DNA from: Parolsenella massiliensis
GTDB taxonomy: Bacteria > Actinomycetota > Coriobacteriia > Coriobacteriales > Atopobiaceae
Length of the DNA: 24,000 bases
Assembly (NCBI RefSeq): GCF_900143685.1
Contig: NZ_LT671675.1
Span: 75,111 to 99,110, forward strand
Direction: 5' to 3'
Shown here: one piece after another, positions 9,472 through 15,460 of the stretch
How the letters are laid out: each line of letters begins with the position of its first letter
Position numbering within the stretch: position 1 is the stretch's first letter
Notes under the pieces: generated by a model
Database searches by the model: none
What the model was told of the DNA's origin: nothing
Seen by the model: only the letters and a program-made list of their open reading frames with translations
Translations under genes and position numbers: made by a program

Positions 9472-10019
9472 CTCTCGGGCCCCTCGATCTGGCGCGGGCC
9501 GCGGTCCCGGCCGATGCCCTGGCTGTGGGCCCTCGACGCCTCGCGCGCCCGCTCGGCGCGCTCCGCCAGCCGCTCGGGCGCCTGGCGCCTTTCGGCTATC
9601 TCGGAGAGCCGCTCCCTTGCGCGATCGGCGGCCTTGCCCGTCTCTTGCTCCAGCTGGCGGAAGACCTCGTCGACCTCGGGGGCGTCCTCCACCTTGAAGA
9701 GCAGCCAGTCGCGGCCCTCGCCGGGGATGATGTGGTGCTCGACCGACGCGGCGCGCAGCTTGTCGGAGACGACCTCCTTGATCGTCGCGTACTCGGGAAG
9801 CCCAGAGAGCTCCTCGAGGCTGAGCTTCGCGTAGGTCGGCGCGCCGTCGGCCGCGATGGCCTCGGCGCGCCCGCCGGCGATGGTCCCGCGGATTCCCGCG
9901 AGGCGCTCGGAGAGCTCCCTCGCGCTGCGCGCCATTGCCTCGGCGCCGGCCTCCTGGCCGATTCTCAGCATCCAGTCGAGCAGCTTGCCGCCCGCCTCGT
10001 CCCCGTAGTCGCTCGCCAT
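9468..10019 (-). CDS. PcfB/DUF3801-like T4CP accessory protein (family assignment tentative)
   Basis: ORF 9468..11522 trimmed to ATG 10019, with GGGAGG 6 nt upstream; the long 5' extension is Arg/Gly-rich junk. Its placement directly upstream of VirD4, coupled to it, matches the pcfB-pcfC arrangement. Loose similarity to the DUF3801 core (...EYATIKEVVSDKLRAASVEHHIIPGEGRDWLLFKVEDA...). Confidence 0.65.
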   Translation of the reverse strand: MASDYGDEAGGKLLDWMLRIGQEAGAEAMARSARELSERLAGIRGTIAGGRAEAIAADGAPTYAKLSLEELSGLPEYATIKEVVSDKLRAASVEHHIIPGEGRDWLLFKVEDAPEVDEVFRQLEQETGKAADRARERLSEIAERRQAPERLAERAERAREASRAHSQGIGRDRGPRQIEGPER

Positions 10020-10045
10020 CCCGCGCCTCCCTTCCAGTCGAGATG

Positions 10046-10067
10046 AAAAAGGGCGCCTTCGCGCCCC
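10046..10067 (-). terminator. Intrinsic terminator-like hairpin between 10076..10609 and the T4SS operon
   Basis: Minus-sense GGGCGC-GAAG-GCGCCC, a 6 bp all-GC stem, followed by TTTTT. It lies 9 nt after the upstream stop. Confidence 0.5.
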
Positions 10068-10075
10068 GGTCGTCC

Positions 10076-10609
10076 CTATTCGGCCCCGACGGCCCTCTCG
10101 CGCGCCATTGGGGCGCGGGCTTCCTGCCCGGCGTGCGCGCGGCTCGCCTCGCGGGCGGACGCGGCGCGCTGCGCCAGCGGCTCGGGAGCCTTCTCGTGCA
10201 GATGGGCCCACTCGCCGCTGCGGCACTGCTCCGGCGTCGCCTCGCACATGTCGCGCATGGCGCGCTCGAACCGCTCGGGCTCCTGGGCGATGGCGCCGAA
10301 GCTCCAGCTCTCGAAGCCGGTCCACGCGTCGCCGTCGCGCTTGAGCGTCCACCACTCGTCGCCGCCGTTCACCTGCTGGATGAACGCGAGGTCGCGGTAG
10401 CAGAACCCCTGGCGTATGGCCCAGTTGCCCGAGCCGAGCGCCTCGCGGAGCCTGTCGACGCTGTCCGTGCGGGAGAACTCGTAGGGGTACTCCTCGAGGA
10501 ACGGGTCGTCCTGCCAGTCGAAGCCGCCGACCTTGAGCCAGCCGTTCTCCTGGCACTTCTCCACGAGCCCGTCGTGCTCGCGGCCGGTTATCCTCTCGAA
10601 GCCGTCCAT
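10076..10609 (-). CDS. Hypothetical acidic ICE protein
   Basis: ORF 10076..10807 trimmed to ATG 10609, with GGCGGAGG upstream. Protein-like sequence MDGFERITGREHDGLVEKCQENGWLKVGGFDWQDDPFLEEYPYEF.... No family recognised. It has the shared C-terminal AREASRAH tail. Confidence 0.65.
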   Translation of the reverse strand: MDGFERITGREHDGLVEKCQENGWLKVGGFDWQDDPFLEEYPYEFSRTDSVDRLREALGSGNWAIRQGFCYRDLAFIQQVNGGDEWWTLKRDGDAWTGFESWSFGAIAQEPERFERAMRDMCEATPEQCRSGEWAHLHEKAPEPLAQRAASAREASRAHAGQEARAPMARERAVGAE

Positions 10610-10762
10610 GGGCCCTCCGCCTTTCGTTTGTTGTTTGGCGGGCGGCGTCCTCGCGATGGGGGCACGGTGCGAGTCGGAGCAGGCGTGCGTGCCGGCGCGT
10701 CGGCGCCGCCCAAGACGTGTATAGCGATTTCGATTGCGGCGGCGACCGGGGCCGCCCGCGAT

Positions 10763-10797
10763 GGGTCGAGCTGGGTCGAGCCGTCCGCGCCTCCACG
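10763..10797 (-). promoter_or_regulatory. Conserved regulatory module copy 1 (tandem GGGTCGAG decamers + CCTCCACG)
   Basis: Plus strand reads GGGTCGAGCTGGGTCGAGCCGTCCGCGCCTCCACG. It is a paralogue of 12801..12835 and lies in the 200-bp intergenic region upstream of 10076..10609. Confidence 0.4.
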
Positions 10798-10810
10798 GGA
10801 AGCGCACAAG

Positions 10811-11599
10811 CTAGCCGAGCCGGCGCCTGTCCCTTCCGCCCAGGTAGACGGGCCTGCAGGTCTGGGAGATCCTGCTCGCGATCGCCTCTGCCGTTACGCG
10901 CTCGCCGCGCCTCGCGAGCCTGTCCGCCAGCGCGCCCGGCGCGTAGTTCGACGTGACGATGGTCGGGCGCATGTCCTCGTAGCGCGCGTCGAGCACGCTG
11001 AACACGGTGCCGACGGACCATTCCGTCGCGTCCTCCTTGCCGAGGTCGTCGAGCACGAGGACGTCGCACTTGGCGTACCGCGCGACGGCCGCCTCGGTGC
11101 CGCCCTCGTCGAACGTGGCCTTCACGCGCTCGAGCATGCCCTTGGCCGTCGTGAAGGCGACGTCGTAGCCGGCCTCGGCGAACAGCCTGGCCATGGCGGA
11201 GGCGGCGTGCGTCTTTCCGGCGCCGACGCCCCCGTGTATGTAGAGCCCGGCGCCTCCGTTGCCGGCGAACGAGGCGATGTACTCGGCGAACTCGGGGCGG
11301 TCGGCCTCGGCGGCCCAGTAGCGCCTGGGGATGCCCGCGCGCGCGAGCGCCTTCTCCCGGCGGGCGGCCTCCTCCTTGGCGGCGAGGGCCGCGCGCCTTC
11401 GCGCCTCGGCCTCCCGCTCGCTGGTTGCGCCCTCGCACGGGCAGGGGGCGCTGGAGACCCAGGCGACCCTGCCCGCCAGCGCTGCGCCGAGCGGTTCGAG
11501 GGCGGCGCCGCAGTGCGGGCACGCCCTCGGCTCCGGCTCGTCGAAGGAGAGCCCGGCGGCCCGGGCCTGCTCCAGGGTGATGAGTCCCGCTCGGTCCAT
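10811..11599 (-). CDS. DnaC/IstB-like AAA+ ATPase (putative helicase loader) with N-terminal zinc ribbon
   Basis: ORF trimmed to ATG 11599 (GGAAGGGG upstream). CPHCG...CPCEG Cys pairs, Walker A GGVGAGKTH and Walker B VLVLDDLG. The tail SNYAP...ISRI is typical of IstB/DnaC-like proteins. Confidence 0.85.
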   Translation of the reverse strand: MDRAGLITLEQARAAGLSFDEPEPRACPHCGAALEPLGAALAGRVAWVSSAPCPCEGATSEREAEARRRAALAAKEEAARREKALARAGIPRRYWAAEADRPEFAEYIASFAGNGGAGLYIHGGVGAGKTHAASAMARLFAEAGYDVAFTTAKGMLERVKATFDEGGTEAAVARYAKCDVLVLDDLGKEDATEWSVGTVFSVLDARYEDMRPTIVTSNYAPGALADRLARRGERVTAEAIASRISQTCRPVYLGGRDRRRLG

Positions 11600-11613
11600 C
11601 GGGCGCCCCTTCC

Positions 11614-12129
11614 TTATCTTCTGAAGTCCTTGTTGTCCCTTTTGCTTATTGGGTGGCATATCGTCAGGGGTTTCCCTGTCATTTCGTCAGGGGTTCGGGC
11701 TGCGAGCCCTGACGGTTCGTCATCCTTGTTCGCGGCGAACCCTGTCATTTCGTCACCCTTTCGCGCCGGGAACCCTGACGAATCGTCAGGGGTTGCCAAC
11801 GCTCCGGGCGGCAGCCTCTCGCGCACGATGCGGTATCGCTTGGTGGCATGCCCGCGCGCCGGGGCGTGCACGCCGCACTCCTCGATGAGGCCCTGGTCGA
11901 GCAGGTTGCGGATGGCGCGGTGGACGCTGCGCTCCTGCACGTTGAGGAATCGGGCCAGGCCGCCCTTGCTCTCGAAGTAGCCGCACCCGGCGTCGCAGAA
12001 GCCGAAGATGCGCGCGTAGACGAGCAGGGGAAGGCCTGAGAGGCCGAGGTCCGCCATCATGAAGTGCCGTACCGTCGCGAACTCGCGCGGGGAGGGGCCG
12101 TCGCGCCCCCTCGGGCCTGCGGCCGCCAT
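11614..12129 (-). CDS. Winged-helix DNA-binding protein, putative ICE replication initiator
   Basis: The segment LSGLPLLVYARIFGF...GGLARFLNVQERSVHRAIRNLLDQGLIEE reads as wHTH. The C-terminus consists of 11-aa repeats encoded by the 33-bp iterons. The gene lies directly upstream of the DnaC-like gene, an O/P-like arrangement. The start is uncertain: 12129, or the internal Met pair at 12060. Confidence 0.7.
   Translation of the reverse strand: MAAAGPRGRDGPSPREFATVRHFMMADLGLSGLPLLVYARIFGFCDAGCGYFESKGGLARFLNVQERSVHRAIRNLLDQGLIEECGVHAPARGHATKRYRIVRERLPPGALATPDDSSGFPARKGDEMTGFAANKDDEPSGLAARTPDEMTGKPLTICHPISKRDNKDFRR
11655..11792. repeat. Iteron array (4 copies at exact 33-bp spacing plus one half-site)
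   Basis: Repeats of CCCTG(T/A)C(A/G)N(T/A)TCGTCA(GGG) start at 11674, 11707, 11740 and 11773. The last copy, CCCTGACGA-A-TCGTCAGGG, is a perfect 9-bp palindrome. An extra TCGTCAGGGG half-site lies at 11661..11670. Confidence 0.75.
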
Positions 12130-12133
12130 GGCG

Positions 12134-12382
12134 CTAGCCCCTTCTTGGCGAGCCGACGACGCTGTTGCGCTCGACCCATGCGACGAGCTCGTCGTGCAGC
12201 ACGATGCCGTCGCGCGTCTTGCCGCCGATGTAGCGGATCGGGAACGGGTCGTCGCGGTCCTTGGCGAGCCGGTACATGGCGTCGCGGCTGATGCGCAGCA
12301 TCGCGCACGCCTCGTCGGCGCCGAATATCGCGTTTGTCGATGCGATGAGCCTCACCTGGCTCCTGCTAGTGCTCTTGGTCAT
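12134..12382 (-). CDS. Excisionase-family/MerR-like HTH DNA-binding protein
   Basis: 82 aa. ...DEACAMLRISRDAMYRLAKDRDDPFPIRYIGGK...ELVAWVE fits the HTH_17/Xis-like pattern. Confidence 0.7.
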   Translation of the reverse strand: MTKSTSRSQVRLIASTNAIFGADEACAMLRISRDAMYRLAKDRDDPFPIRYIGGKTRDGIVLHDELVAWVERNSVVGSPRRG

Positions 12383-12460
12383 GGTCGTCCTCGAGCTCCT
12401 TTCGTCTCGAGGCTCCCTCGCGTGCCCGGCCGCGGGCGGCTCCCGGGGCGGTCGCCGCCG

Positions 12461-12679
12461 TCATTTCCTGCCGCTCCTTGACTCGATGTAGGCGTCCACT
12501 GACGCCCTCGAAACCAGGAGCTTCCTGCCGAGCCTGTACGAGTCGATCTCTCCCGACCAGATGAGGTCGTACGCCTTGTTTCGGCTCGCCCTCATGTACT
12601 GCTGCATCTCGATCACCGTCATCCATTCGTCGCGGCCCTGGTTGTTCTCGGGCGCGGCGCATTCGGCTGTGCGTGCCAT
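12461..12679 (-). CDS. Excisionase-family HTH DNA-binding protein
   Basis: ORF 12461..12706 trimmed to ATG 12679, with GGAGG 5 nt upstream. WMTVIEMQQYMRASRNKAYDLIWSGEIDSYRLGRKLLVSRASVDAYI fits the HTH_17 pattern. It is the first gene of the ICE gene train. Confidence 0.7.
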   Translation of the reverse strand: MARTAECAAPENNQGRDEWMTVIEMQQYMRASRNKAYDLIWSGEIDSYRLGRKLLVSRASVDAYIESRSGRK

Positions 12680-12800
12680 GGTTCCTCCAATCTTCCCGTG
12701 CGGCACCGTGCGGGCACACCGCGCGGCACAGTGTCCCTTTTCGTCTGCGCGACGATTGAACCGCCTGCTGGCGCATCGCGCGCATGACGGGAACGGAGAC

Positions 12801-12835
12801 GGGTCGAGGTGGGTCGAGCTGGTCGGGCCTCCACG
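12801..12835 (-). promoter_or_regulatory. Conserved regulatory module copy 2 (tandem GGGTCGAG decamers + CCTCCACG)
   Basis: Plus strand reads GGGTCGAGGTGGGTCGAGCTGGTCGGGCCTCCACG, a paralogue of 10763..10797. It lies about 120-155 nt upstream of the first ICE gene. Confidence 0.4.
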
Positions 12836-12878
12836 AAACGGCCATGAGCCGCGTGGCTTAGCTCTCAGCTAAGTCCCT

Positions 12879-12907
12879 GAAAAGTAAAAGGCGCCCATGC
12901 GGGCGCC
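12879..12907 (-). terminator. Rho-independent terminator
   Basis: Minus-sense GGCGCCC-GCAT-GGGCGCC followed by TTTTACTTTTC. Confidence 0.7.
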
Positions 12908-13360
12908 TGCCTAGGAGCGATGTTCGTTCGGTTGTGGTTGGAATGCTTCTCTTCCGCGGTGCTGTCGTCCGGGGTCCGGCATCTGTCGTTCGCCTCTTCT
13001 GTCGTGTTTGATGTTGTGTGTTATGCGAGCGACCTTGCGCGGGCCTGCCGGCCCGTTGCCCCAGGTGCACCCGGGTAAATGGTACCCATCCGTTGGAACA
13101 TGGACATCGCGGGAGGGCTGTTTGGGCAAGCTAGGATGGATGAGCGGCGGGGTTCTAAATGCAATAATTCGAGCTAAAGGGCCTTGTACTCTCTTTTGTA
13201 AAACGCGAGGGTGCAATAAACTCGACGATCCCCCTGAACCTTTTCTGAACGAATCAGCTCTTAGGCGGTATGACGCGACACGCATCGGTAGTGCTCGGAC
13301 TGGGTTAGTCATCGAGTGGGTATAGAACATACGTTCTGTATAACGTTATAGCACCAGGTG

Positions 13361-13392
13361 GCAGGCGTAGTTTCAATCGAAGCTACGCCTGC
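13361..13392 (-). terminator. Stem-loop after the yjdF stop (terminator without U-tract)
   Basis: GCAGGCGTAG-12 nt-CTACGCCTGC, a 10-bp perfect stem, 26 nt downstream of the stop at 13418. Confidence 0.45.
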
Positions 13393-13417
13393 TGCTATAT
13401 ATGGGTTGATGGTGGTA

Positions 13418-13837
13418 TCAATGACCGCGATGCTTCTGTTTGCGCTTCAGTTTTCGCTGCTCGAAGCGCGCCTCCGCCTCATCCGCTCGACGCTGGCTTC
13501 TTGCTTGAGCCGATTCCCGCTTCATCGCTTCTCTCTGTGCCACGAGCGCCTGCTGCGCCTTTGTGCTCATCGCGGGCCGCTTGAGGGCTTTCGCCGCCTC
13601 GCGGGCGCGTCTCTTGGGGTTCTTCGCGGGCTCGCTCGCCTCGGACGGATCGTCACCGAAGAACGCGAGCTTCGCCCATTTGCTTGTAACGAATCGCAGG
13701 ATCTCCTCATCGGACGGTTCTGCGCCGAAGACGATGCGGGCGACGCCGTACCTGCCGTCCTCGACATGCTCCGCCAGCCCGACCCAGAATTGGCCGTCGT
13801 GATATACGGTCAGGGTGGACGACACGCTGATCTGCAT
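13418..13837 (-). CDS. yjdF: YjdF family protein (DUF2992)
   Basis: ORF 13418..13966 trimmed to ATG 13837, with AAAGGAGGAACCAGCC upstream. MQISVSSTLTVYHDGQFWVGLAEHVEDGRYGVARIVFGAEPSDEEILRFV...NPKRRAREAAK...STKAQQAL...KRKQKHRGH matches my recollection of the YjdF/DUF2992 pattern. That pattern is an N-terminal beta-rich core followed by a basic helical tail ending KHRG(R/H). Confidence 0.8.
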   Translation of the reverse strand: MQISVSSTLTVYHDGQFWVGLAEHVEDGRYGVARIVFGAEPSDEEILRFVTSKWAKLAFFGDDPSEASEPAKNPKRRAREAAKALKRPAMSTKAQQALVAQREAMKRESAQARSQRRADEAEARFEQRKLKRKQKHRGH

Positions 13838-13958
13838 GGCTGGTTCCTCCTTTATGTGGATGACCATGCAGAGAAGGGACAACCAAGGAGGCAGGTTACT
13901 GATGCGGACTCCCGCACGCCCACGACTACCCGACGGGGACTGTGTTTTCATCTCTGGT
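13838..13958 (-). promoter_or_regulatory. yjdF 5' leader with SD-sequestering helix (candidate riboswitch/attenuator)
   Basis: A -10-like TACAAT (minus strand, 13965..13970) implies a leader of about 120 nt. CCUCCUU (13885..13891) is perfectly complementary to the SD AAGGAGG (13846..13852). The proximal 76 nt (13838..13913) are conserved in the decayed second copy at 21471..21546, while sequence further upstream is not. Confidence 0.4.
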
Positions 13959-14071
13959 GCCCGCATTGTAGCACGCGCGGATTCACGATGTTGATTGCCG
14001 GCGCCTAGACGGAGATGAAGGCGGTTCGTCTAGGTCAAGCCGGTCGCTCGTTCATGAAGCGGCCGATTCCC

Positions 14072-14100
14072 TGAAAATAAAAGGCGCCCACGAGGACACC
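14072..14100 (-). terminator. Diverged copy of the 12879..12907 terminator
   Basis: Minus-sense GGUGUCC-UCGU-GGGCGCC, which pairs with two G-U pairs, followed by TTTTATTTTC. It lies within a direct repeat of about 55 bp. Confidence 0.5.
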
Positions 14101-14141
14101 TACAGGCTATCTTCGAACTACTTGGTTGGGGCAGACGGAGG

Positions 14142-14196
14142 AAAAAAATAGGGCAGAATCGCTCTCACGATCCCGCCCCGCAAACCCGAGGGTTTC
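14142..14196 (-). terminator. Hairpin+terminator module, copy 1
   Basis: Minus-sense AAACCC-UC-GGGUUU is followed by a 30-nt GC hairpin (GGGGCGGGAUCG-UGAGAG-CGAUUCUGCCCU) and then AUUUUUUU. It is a paralogue of 14274..14329. Confidence 0.55.
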
Positions 14197-14273
14197 TAAC
14201 TGGCTCCATTATTCCGGGCTTCTCAGTTCTGTCATTGACCCAGGTATCATCCGTCTCCTATAGCGAGTGAATA

Positions 14274-14329
14274 TAAAAATAGGGCAGAGTCGCTTGCGCA
14301 AGTCCGCCCCTAAAACCGTGAAGGTTTTG
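14274..14329 (-). terminator. Hairpin+terminator module, copy 2 (immediately after the abi stop)
   Basis: Minus-sense AAAACC-UUCAC-GGUUUU is followed by a 30-nt GC-rich segment of identical length to copy 1 and then AUUUUUAU. It begins 12 nt after the stop at 14341. Confidence 0.6.
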
Positions 14330-14340
14330 CTATCTGCAGG

Positions 14341-15303
14341 CTATTCTACCAACCCGAGCGATTCTGTCAACCTGCGAAGGAACTCGAGCGCGGAGCGAGC
14401 TGCGGCGTCGGGCCCCTTGTCGGGCAGCGCCTCGGTTTCGCCGTCGGCCCTGGCGAACATCTCGGCGAGCTCGGATGCGGCGCGCGAGCGCGAGGAGCCC
14501 TCGGGTACCAAGCCGGAGTGCGCCACGAGCACGGTCGCGACCTCCTGCATGGCCGTATTCCCCATCCACTTCCTCCTGGTCGCCTTGGGAATCCCCACGG
14601 CGGCGACCCTTCGGGAGACGCCGCTGGACGCCGAGCCCCGGGCGGCGCCCCTCTCGGCGAAGCAGTTGATCAGGCACGAGCCGTGCGCGGCGCAGTTGCG
14701 GACGGACTTCACGCGCTTGAGGTCGTAGTGGGAGGCCTCGAGGCGCCTGTCGCCCCATCGCCTGGCGCAGAAGCGCACGAAGTCGATGAGGGTGCCGAAC
14801 GAGGTGAGCTCAAGGAAGGCCCAGGCAGGCATGTCGCCGGAGTACTTCGCGTAGAGGCTCGAGCTGTAGGGGCTGCGGCCGCTCATCTTGAGCTCGCGCA
14901 GGCGGTACTCCCTGTTTGCAGTGGTAAGCGATGCCATGTAGTCGGCCACGATGGCGTAGCCGTCCTCTCCACGGTCCTCCATCTCGCGAAGCAGTGTCAC
15001 CTTCTGGAAGTGCTCGATGTCGAGCGTCATGCCGAGCAGGGCGTGGCGCAGCTCCTGGTCGAGCGCCGCGAGCAGGCGCAGCTGGCCGAAGTCGAGGTCT
15101 ACGTAGCGGCCGTCGCGCGGGCCTCCCTCGTATTTCGAGAAGAGTTTGCGGTAGGATGCGAGCTTGAAGAAGTTGCACTTGTCGCGCAGGTAGTCCGCGG
15201 CCTCTTCCTCGGAACACAGTTCGAAGGCTACGCCCTTCTGCTTGAGGTGCTCTATCTGCTGCTCGATCGTGAGGATCGGCTTCCTATCGTTGGGTTCGGC
15301 CAT
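14341..15303 (-). CDS. Abi_2 family (AbiD/AbiF-like) abortive infection protein, HEPN-type
   Basis: 320 aa with GACAGGAGACCGAGC upstream of the ATG. The N-terminus KPILTIEQQIEHLKQKGV and the overall layout are typical of Abi_2. RNCAAH (in LKRVKSVRNCAAHGSCLIN) is an R-x4-H HEPN motif. Confidence 0.88.
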   Translation of the reverse strand: MAEPNDRKPILTIEQQIEHLKQKGVAFELCSEEEAADYLRDKCNFFKLASYRKLFSKYEGGPRDGRYVDLDFGQLRLLAALDQELRHALLGMTLDIEHFQKVTLLREMEDRGEDGYAIVADYMASLTTANREYRLRELKMSGRSPYSSSLYAKYSGDMPAWAFLELTSFGTLIDFVRFCARRWGDRRLEASHYDLKRVKSVRNCAAHGSCLINCFAERGAARGSASSGVSRRVAAVGIPKATRRKWMGNTAMQEVATVLVAHSGLVPEGSSRSRAASELAEMFARADGETEALPDKGPDAAARSALEFLRRLTESLGLVE

Positions 15304-15335
15304 GCTCGGTCTCCTGTCATTGATTTGAGAATCCT

Positions 15336-15344
15336 ATTCTACCA
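15336..15344 (-). promoter_or_regulatory. Extended -10 promoter element for abi (TGGTAGAAT)
   Basis: Minus-sense TGGTAGAAT lies 32 nt upstream of the abi ATG. There is no good -35, which is consistent with an extended -10 type promoter. Confidence 0.4.
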
Positions 15345-15460
15345 GCATGTTTGCCCTGAATCCTGAAGGCCCGTTCGCCAACTCATAAGCAAGCCACCTG
15401 AGACTACTCACTTTGTTCACGAATGGCGAAGACCTGCGACCTGGGGTTTTGCAAATGGCG

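Noticed and set aside
1134-11522. 5' extensions of real minus-strand ORFs (1134..2654, 2867..5563, 9468..11522, 10076..10807, 10811..11659) and alternative-frame minus ORFs (1102..2331, 2745..3683, 6945..7697, 7694..9193)
   Set aside because: The extensions overlap upstream genes and translate to Arg/Gly/Pro junk. Internal starts with good SD sequences, placed right after the upstream stop, give compact, coupled genes.
113-12481. Long plus-strand ORFs across the ICE region (e.g. 113..1192, 900..2237, 2942..4549, 4708..7167, 7561..9246, 9935..11980)
   Set aside because: All lie antisense to well-supported minus-strand genes. Their translations are Arg/Ala/Gly/Pro/His-rich with no motifs, the usual stop-codon-poor artefact of high-GC DNA.
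12906-13330. tmRNA, RNase P RNA, SRP RNA or group II intron identity for the gene-free segment next to the ICE end
   Set aside because: I found no tRNA-like 3' end (GGTTCGA.TCC...CCA), no GAGGAAAGTCC, no SRP GGAA/AGCA helix-8 motif, and no GUGYG...domain V-like sequence. The segment is kept only as an unclassified candidate.
14197-14273. 13-aa ORF (MIPGSMTELRSPE) between the two abi-downstream modules
   Set aside because: The spacing from AGGAGA to the ATG is only about 3 nt. The peptide is short and featureless, and there is no supporting evidence.
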